Sequence record: SRR9188677_86
Direction: 5' to 3' (one strand)
DNA: 64,000 bases
Numbering within the stretch: the first letter of the stretch is position 1; the number at the start of each line of letters is the position of its first letter. The notes beneath the pieces are model-generated. The model saw only the letters and a list, made by a program, of their open reading frames with translations, did no database searches and was not told the origin of the DNA. Shown here piece by piece: positions 57,771 to 64,000 of this stretch. Both the position numbers and the translations under genes were made by a program.

Positions 57771-59138
57771 ATGAAAAGCCGCATTTCAAAATATCTGAAT
57801 TCTTATTCACAGGCCTCAACGCTAGCTTTTTTCAGGCTAGCGTTTGGTTTAATGATGCTTTTGAGTTTGGTTCGTTTTGCAAGCTACGGCTGGATTGAAA
57901 AATTCTACATCAAACCACAATTCCATTTCACTTATTACGGTTTCAGCTGGGTTAAACCACTGGGAATTTACACTTACCTCCTGTTTATAATTTGTGGCCT
58001 GGCTGCTCTGTGCCTTGCCCTGGGCTACAAATACAGATTGGCAGCAATCACGTTCTGCCTGAGTTTTACCTACATCGAATTCATGGATAAAACCACTTAC
58101 TTAAACCATTATTATTTCATAACGATAGTGAGTTTTGTTTTGATTTTCCTACCGGCGAATTGTTATTTTTCGATCGATGCTTACAAGAATCCGAAACTGG
58201 CCTTCCAGAAAATCCCAAGCTGGAATGTTGACATCCTGAAACTGCTTTTAGCGATTGTCTACATTTATGCCGGTCTGGCTAAAATCAACTCCGATTGGCT
58301 TTTAGAAGCGATGCCTTTGAAAATCTGGTTGCCGTCTAATTCTGATTTACCGATTATTGGTTCGTGGCTGAATAAAAACTGGGTAATTTATTCCTTCAGC
58401 TGGATTGGGATGGTTTACGATTTACTCATTGTTTTCCTTTTATTGTACAAACCAACGCGATTGTTCGCTTTCGCCCTGGTTGTCATTTTCCATGTGCTTA
58501 CGCGTATACTATTCCCTATCGGGATTTTCCCTTACGTGATGATTATCAGCACGCTGATTTTCTTCGAGGCGGATTTCCATAAAAAATGCTTAGAAATTGC
58601 ATCACGGTTCTTCCGTTTCAATCTAACTGTTTTCGAAAATGGAAAAGAGAAAATACAGCAATTCACTAATCTTTATAAGGCCAAATTAACTTTTACCACA
58701 GCCTTTTTAGTCTTTCAGTTGTTGTTTCCGTTCCGGTATTTATTGTATCCGAATGAACTCTTCTGGACGGAAGAAGGTTTCCGCTTTTCCTGGCGCGTGA
58801 TGCTGATGGAAAAGGCAGGTTACACCCAATTCACCGTTACCGACAGCAAAACCCAAAAAACCATACATATAAATAATTCGTTATTCCTAACAGCATTCCA
58901 GGAAAAACAAATGTCGTTTCAGCCCGATTTCATTCTGGAATACGCCCATTACCTGCACGATTTTTATCAGAAACAAGGCTACAATGATCCTGAAGTACAC
59001 GTAGAAAGCTACGTCGCCCTAAACGGAAGATTGAGCCAGAAATACATAGACCCGGAAATAAATTTAGCCAAAGAAAATGAATCATTCCTGCACAAAACCT
59101 GGATTTTACCTTTTAACGATGAAATCAAAGGGCTTTAG
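57771..59138 (+). CDS. HTTM domain protein, vitamin K-dependent gamma-carboxylase homologue
   Basis: LAFFRLAFG, FHFTYYGFSWV.P, DKTTYLNHYY, YIYAGLAKINSDW, GIFPYVM, FSWRVML, VALNGRLSQKYIDPEINL. Confidence 0.88.
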   Translation: MKSRISKYLNSYSQASTLAFFRLAFGLMMLLSLVRFASYGWIEKFYIKPQFHFTYYGFSWVKPLGIYTYLLFIICGLAALCLALGYKYRLAAITFCLSFTYIEFMDKTTYLNHYYFITIVSFVLIFLPANCYFSIDAYKNPKLAFQKIPSWNVDILKLLLAIVYIYAGLAKINSDWLLEAMPLKIWLPSNSDLPIIGSWLNKNWVIYSFSWIGMVYDLLIVFLLLYKPTRLFAFALVVIFHVLTRILFPIGIFPYVMIISTLIFFEADFHKKCLEIASRFFRFNLTVFENGKEKIQQFTNLYKAKLTFTTAFLVFQLLFPFRYLLYPNELFWTEEGFRFSWRVMLMEKAGYTQFTVTDSKTQKTIHINNSLFLTAFQEKQMSFQPDFILEYAHYLHDFYQKQGYNDPEVHVESYVALNGRLSQKYIDPEINLAKENESFLHKTWILPFNDEIKGL

Positions 59139-61545
59139 TTTTTTACTTTTTTTAATCTCGCTTACTGCTTTTTCCCAGACTACGGTGAATGGAGTTGTAA
59201 CTTCATCCAACGGGACAAGATTGGCTTATGTAGAAATCTTCAACAAAACTTTGGCAACCAAAACCACAACAAACAGCAAAGGGGAATTTACTATAAAATT
59301 TGAAGACAATTCATCCTGCCAGATTGCTTTTTACGCTGAAAATCATGCCATTGCTGAAAGAACAGTAGCTCCATCAGACCATAATCTGGAAATCATTTTG
59401 GAGAAAATCAACAAGCTTTCCGAAGTGGTAATCAATAAGGAAAGGGAAAAAATATCAGCGTTAAACAGACTAAGAGACATCGAGGAAACTGCCATTTACG
59501 CCGGAAAGAAAACCGAAGTGGTTTCGGTTGACAAACTAACCGTGAACAAAGCAACCAACAATGCCCGCCAGATTTACGCTCAGGTTGTAGGGCTTACCAT
59601 CAACGAAAGTACCGATGGCGGATTGCAGCTAAGCATAGGCGGAAGAGGACTAAACCCAAACCGTACCTCCAATTTCAACACACGCCAGAACGGTTACGAC
59701 ATCAGCGCCGATGTTTTGGGGTATCCCGAAAGTTATTACGCCACGCCTACCGAAGCCCTTGCCGAAATCCAGATTGTGCGTGGTGCCGCTTCTTTACAGT
59801 ATGGTACACAGTTTGGCGGTTTGGTAAACTTCAAGCTGAAATCCCCGGCAAAAAAACCTTTAGAGTTGATTACCAGAAACACGGTTGGCTCCTATAATCT
59901 GTTTACCAACTTCACATCCATAAGCGGAACAACAGGAAAATTCAGTTACTACTCGTTTTTCAATTTCAAGCAAGGAGACGGTTTCCGACCAAATTCCGAA
60001 TTCAACAGCAAGAATTATTTTGCCAATTTAAACTACCAGTTTTCGGATAGGACCTCGCTTCATTTTGACTATACCTATTTCACCTATCTGGCAAAACAGC
60101 CGGGTGGCCTCACGGATGAAATGTTTGAGGAAGATCCGGCACAAAGCAACAGGACACGGAACTGGTTTGCGGTAGATTGGAATTTATTTGCCCTGCGCCT
60201 GAAACATAAATTTACCAATAATGCCGATTTTTCACTGCAATTGTTCGGATTGGATGCCAGCAGGAAAGCGCTTGGTGGTTCCCGGCTGAACCGGATTGAA
60301 CTTGCGGACCCACCCGGAACGGAACGGGATTTGGTTATAGGCGATTTCGTGAACTGGGGTGGCGAAGCACGTTATCTGCAACGCTATAAAATCAAAGACA
60401 ATACGAATGCCTTTTTAATTGGTGCCAAATATTACCAATCAAGGAATACCGGAATACAAGGGCCCGGAAGTTCGTCAAGCGGTGCCGATTTCCATTTTGC
60501 GAATGAGGAGTTTCCGTTTTATACGCATCAGTCGGACTATGTTTTCCCGAATATAAATTACTCCCTTTTTGGAGAAAATATCTTTAAGGTTTCGCCTAAA
60601 TTCTCGATTACGCCCGGTTTCCGTTTTGAAAAGATCAGAACGCAGGCAAAAGGCTCTTACCGAACGATCAACCGCGATTTTGCAGGGAATATAATCCTTG
60701 ACGAAACTATTGAGGAGAACAATGTCAAAGACCGGAATTTCATACTGCTGGGTGTTGGCCTAAGTTATAAACCTAAGAACACAATCGAGTTTTACGGAAA
60801 CCTTTCTCAGAATTACCGTTCGGTAACCTTCAACGATATCAGGACAGTCAATTCAAACCAGCTGATCTCGCCCGACATTACCGATGAAAAAGGGTTTACT
60901 TCCGATATTGGAATCCGCGGGCAGATTGGTAGTAAAGTTACCTTTGACTCGAGCATTTACGGATTGTACTATGACGCTAAAATCGGGGAATATTATACAG
61001 AATCCGGGCAGAGAGTAGTTTTGCTTCGCGATAATATCGGAACTGCTTTCACTTACGGATTTGAAACCATGCTGGACTGGAGCATCAGCCGGACTTTTTT
61101 TGAAGGAAATGATGATTTCACCTGGAATTTGTTTACCAATACCGCCTTTACAGATTCCCAATATTTAAAATCCGACCAGCCTAACATAGAAGGTAAAAAA
61201 GTCGAATTCGTTCCGCTGGTCAACCTAAAAACAGGAACCGGGATCGGGTACAGAAACTTTGTGTCTAGCATTCAGCTTACGTATGTTTCCAAACAATTTA
61301 CCGATGCAACCAATTCGAGCGTTGGTGCCAATGACATCAGTGATGGCGTCAGCGGTGAAATCCCGGCCTATTATGTTGCTGATTTTTCGGCATCATACAA
61401 ATGGAAGCAATTCAAGCTGGAAGCCGGGATCAACAACTTTACCAACAACAGCTACTTCACCAGAAGGGCCACAGGATATCCGGGACCGGGGATCATACCT
61501 TCAGAAAACAGGACGTTTTACACTACCCTGGAATTCAAATTCTAA
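59119..61545 (+). CDS. TonB-dependent receptor (FecA-like) with N-terminal carboxypeptidase-like domain
   Basis: RGLNPNRT, GYPESYY, IVRGAASLQYG, YFTRRA, C-terminal EFKF; start moved to ATG 59119 (signal peptide), overlapping the HTTM gene end. Confidence 0.9.
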   Translation: MKSKGFSFLLFLISLTAFSQTTVNGVVTSSNGTRLAYVEIFNKTLATKTTTNSKGEFTIKFEDNSSCQIAFYAENHAIAERTVAPSDHNLEIILEKINKLSEVVINKEREKISALNRLRDIEETAIYAGKKTEVVSVDKLTVNKATNNARQIYAQVVGLTINESTDGGLQLSIGGRGLNPNRTSNFNTRQNGYDISADVLGYPESYYATPTEALAEIQIVRGAASLQYGTQFGGLVNFKLKSPAKKPLELITRNTVGSYNLFTNFTSISGTTGKFSYYSFFNFKQGDGFRPNSEFNSKNYFANLNYQFSDRTSLHFDYTYFTYLAKQPGGLTDEMFEEDPAQSNRTRNWFAVDWNLFALRLKHKFTNNADFSLQLFGLDASRKALGGSRLNRIELADPPGTERDLVIGDFVNWGGEARYLQRYKIKDNTNAFLIGAKYYQSRNTGIQGPGSSSSGADFHFANEEFPFYTHQSDYVFPNINYSLFGENIFKVSPKFSITPGFRFEKIRTQAKGSYRTINRDFAGNIILDETIEENNVKDRNFILLGVGLSYKPKNTIEFYGNLSQNYRSVTFNDIRTVNSNQLISPDITDEKGFTSDIGIRGQIGSKVTFDSSIYGLYYDAKIGEYYTESGQRVVLLRDNIGTAFTYGFETMLDWSISRTFFEGNDDFTWNLFTNTAFTDSQYLKSDQPNIEGKKVEFVPLVNLKTGTGIGYRNFVSSIQLTYVSKQFTDATNSSVGANDISDGVSGEIPAYYVADFSASYKWKQFKLEAGINNFTNNSYFTRRATGYPGPGIIPSENRTFYTTLEFKF

Positions 61546-61579
61546 AAAAGAAGTCCCGGTTTATCGGGACTTCTTTTTT
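61544..61579. terminator. Bidirectional intrinsic terminator
   Basis: A6-GAAGTCCCG-GTTTAT-CGGGACTTC-T6. Confidence 0.88.
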
Positions 61580-63860
61580 ATCGTCTGGAATTGAAAAAAT
61601 CTTCAAAAACCAAACAGCTCGAAAGTTCTTCGTTGTATTGCGGATACTCGGTTTTTAACTGGTTGGGCGTATTGGCATACCCCTGGGTGAAATTGACCAT
61701 GTGCAGGCACAAAGCCCGGAATTTATCCGATTTTGAGGTTTTGTAGGCCATCTGGTAATACAGTTTGGTTATCGATCTTGTTCGGTATTCGAGATTGTCG
61801 ATATACGATTCATTCAGATAAGTATCATCATAAGTCGAGTAGCTTGAAAAGCGGCGCATCATCCAGGAATTCCCCATATCGGTCATGTTCAGGTAGCAAT
61901 TGGCCACGAGGAAATAATAATAATCCCGGTCTTTCCGTTTGGGGTCGTTGGCCAGTTTTAAATATTTTACCAGATGTTCCGTAACGGACAATTTGTTTAC
62001 AAAATAATGCTCTTTCGGCTTGATAAATTTATCCGTGTAAGGAATCACATAAAACGGATTTTCATCAAATGACGAATATTCGTCGTATTTCCCTCTCTCC
62101 CACGCATTGTAATTCTGCTGCCAATACTGCTCCGGCAAAGACCTAAAAGCAGTTAGGGCCATATGAAGCTTTTCCTCCCGGATATACTTTGTACCCAATA
62201 AATCAATCAGGTAATTTTTGTCTTTGGATAGGGTGCCATATAAAAAATCATCCTTTTTATCCGATGCCAATCCGTTGAGCTGGTCAAGGATGGACTGCAA
62301 ATCTGCCGCAGGATAAACGAAATCCAGATAATCGTAATAGTTGTAGAAAACATCGAGATTAGAAGATGTATTGAGCCTGTTTCCGCGCCATTCCACATCA
62401 TCCGCATTGGAGCCAATTTCGTGGTAAAACGTGCTGTTTAGTGAAATTAGCGCAATCCCGTCAAAGAGATTTCCCTTAAATTCCAATTCCCTCCCCAGTG
62501 CAAAAAGGAAGCGGCTGTCGGTTTTGTTCCTTTCAACAATTGCTTTCACTTCATCTGTGATAACGGCTTTTCCGTAAGCCTGTTTTGCCGTGATACAAAG
62601 CGCTTTTATCTTTTCGATTTCAACAATTACTTTCTCTTTTTTGTACCTACTTTCAAAAGCATTTATTTTTGCCAATGCAGCATCATACTGATTGGTCATG
62701 AACAGCAACTGGATTTCGGCAGCTTTCCATAAAACCGGATTGGCGACTTTGTTAAAATCGACTGCTGATACAAAATCCAAAACTTCCTTGGCATACAAAC
62801 GGTCTTTAGCCGAACGTTCGCGCAAGGTTAGCGTGGTTATCTTGCTATCCGCGCTTTCGCTGTAATAATCTGACTGCTCAACGGATGGGGAATAATTCGT
62901 ATAATAAGGTGTATAAATCCAGTCTTCCAGCTTATTGACTTCGCGCAGCAGCAGGAAATCGAGCGTGTTGAATTTCGGTTTGTTTTTATAGATGATTTTT
63001 AGGTAATCCAGGTTTTTGTTCAGGATTCTCGCAGAAGCATAAGCATAAAGATTTGCTACCTGATTTGGGGTTTTAGCAAATGCCAATGCCTTTTCCAGAT
63101 TAAACTTCCCTGAAAAATAAAACTGGCTCGCAAAAGCCTTTTCCTGTGAATTGGCGAAAATATCGGCAACATCGTTGTAATTTCCGGTTGCTTCTGATGT
63201 AAAACAATGGAAATATAAGCTCCAGTAATACAGGTAATCTTTCTTCGAATTCCGGAACTCCTCAGCAAAAATAGAACGGATAAGCTCAGTATTTGAATTG
63301 TAAAACCCTAATCGGATGCATTGGAACGCGTACTTTCTTTTCAAAAATTTATCTTTCTCATTGGCGTAAGCGGTAACCAATTCCGTTTCAAACTTTCCGG
63401 ATGCCCTGCGCTGTGATTCTTCTGCCCGTTCCCAGGAATTTTCATTATTGAATGCATTGAATCCTTCGCATTTTTTGGTAAAAATCAGATAGCGGATGGC
63501 ATTGGTTTTCTTATTCTTAAAGAGGTATTTCAGAAATTCGTTATCCGAATTGGAATAGATGTCCGTCAGTTTCATTTCGTTGTTGAAGTAGGCAATCTGA
63601 TCAATATCTACTTTTTTTCCGGTGTAATTATACCAGTCAAGAACATTCGCCTCGAAATTGATTTTGGCCGGATAAGTAGCGCTCATGCTATCGTATCCCC
63701 AGGCAAAATTGTTGTAATAAAACCCGTAATACTGATTGAAATTAAAGTACTTAGGATTAAAAAGACAATACCTCACATCCTCGCCATACGGGGAATACCC
63801 GCAAGCCGAAACCCTAAAACTACTTAGTAAAAGTATCGTAAAAACCAGTAATTTCTTCAT
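61578..63860 (-). CDS. Large secreted alpha-helical hypothetical protein
   Basis: Signal peptide ending SACG; TPR-like helices; Tyr-rich; start moved to ATG 63860. Confidence 0.75.
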   Translation of the reverse strand: MKKLLVFTILLLSSFRVSACGYSPYGEDVRYCLFNPKYFNFNQYYGFYYNNFAWGYDSMSATYPAKINFEANVLDWYNYTGKKVDIDQIAYFNNEMKLTDIYSNSDNEFLKYLFKNKKTNAIRYLIFTKKCEGFNAFNNENSWERAEESQRRASGKFETELVTAYANEKDKFLKRKYAFQCIRLGFYNSNTELIRSIFAEEFRNSKKDYLYYWSLYFHCFTSEATGNYNDVADIFANSQEKAFASQFYFSGKFNLEKALAFAKTPNQVANLYAYASARILNKNLDYLKIIYKNKPKFNTLDFLLLREVNKLEDWIYTPYYTNYSPSVEQSDYYSESADSKITTLTLRERSAKDRLYAKEVLDFVSAVDFNKVANPVLWKAAEIQLLFMTNQYDAALAKINAFESRYKKEKVIVEIEKIKALCITAKQAYGKAVITDEVKAIVERNKTDSRFLFALGRELEFKGNLFDGIALISLNSTFYHEIGSNADDVEWRGNRLNTSSNLDVFYNYYDYLDFVYPAADLQSILDQLNGLASDKKDDFLYGTLSKDKNYLIDLLGTKYIREEKLHMALTAFRSLPEQYWQQNYNAWERGKYDEYSSFDENPFYVIPYTDKFIKPKEHYFVNKLSVTEHLVKYLKLANDPKRKDRDYYYFLVANCYLNMTDMGNSWMMRRFSSYSTYDDTYLNESYIDNLEYRTRSITKLYYQMAYKTSKSDKFRALCLHMVNFTQGYANTPNQLKTEYPQYNEELSSCLVFEDFFNSRR

Positions 63861-64000
63861 GGCTGTATTTCTTAAAAATGGATTCATCTAAATCAAAAAG
63901 GGAAATGGTAGTATCGGCATCCAGCGAAACGTTTTTCTTGATGATGGCTATCGCTTCGTTCAAGGTTTTAGCGGAAACTTCTTCGCATTTTATCTGATCG
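63820..64000 (-). CDS. C-terminus of an upstream hypothetical protein (truncated by window edge)
   Basis: Open minus frame DQIKCEEVSAKTLNEAIAIIKKNVSLDADTTISLFDLDESIFKKYSHEEITGFYDTFTK*, overlapping the next start by 41 bp. Confidence 0.65.
   Translation of the reverse strand, partial: DQIKCEEVSAKTLNEAIAIIKKNVSLDADTTISLFDLDESIFKKYSHEEITGFYDTFTK

Noticed and set aside
45351-61545. Iron island as a mobile element
   Set aside because: No integrase, transposase, tRNA target or flanking direct repeats visible; promoters and terminators look native.

Overview
Chromosomal window from a Bacteroidota genome, most likely Flavobacterium sp. (AT-rich intergenics, TAnnTTTG -7 promoter boxes, A-rich translation starts without Shine-Dalgarno). 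It opens with the 5' end of rpsF. About 45 kb is a housekeeping backbone (priA, nadC, pyrD, guaB, amt, purB, cobB, trmH, DEAD helicase, rdgB, a sulfonolipid cysteate acyltransferase, icmF, pyrF, prfA) with interspersed accessory and signalling genes. This is followed by a ~16 kb iron/haem-uptake island (45351-61545) whose promoters share a TTATTTAGA-N5-TCTAAATAA operator. I found no rRNA, tRNA, CRISPR array, integrase or IS. The most interesting observations are: (1) a translationally coupled SatD (cyclase/palm-like + HTH) / DUF3307 (membrane, metal-hydrolase-like) pair preceded by three TATTAC-N8-GTAATA palindromes at exact 28-bp period; (2) two divergent imelysin lipoproteins, each paired with a candidate protein-modifying enzyme (a vitamin K-dependent carboxylase homologue and a di-haem oxidoreductase); (3) two unannotated sibling sRNA candidates sharing GGTTAGT just before their terminators, each behind a different phased regulator-binding repeat; (4) two small proteins missed by the ORF track. 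All family assignments come from motif recognition by eye; no database search was run.
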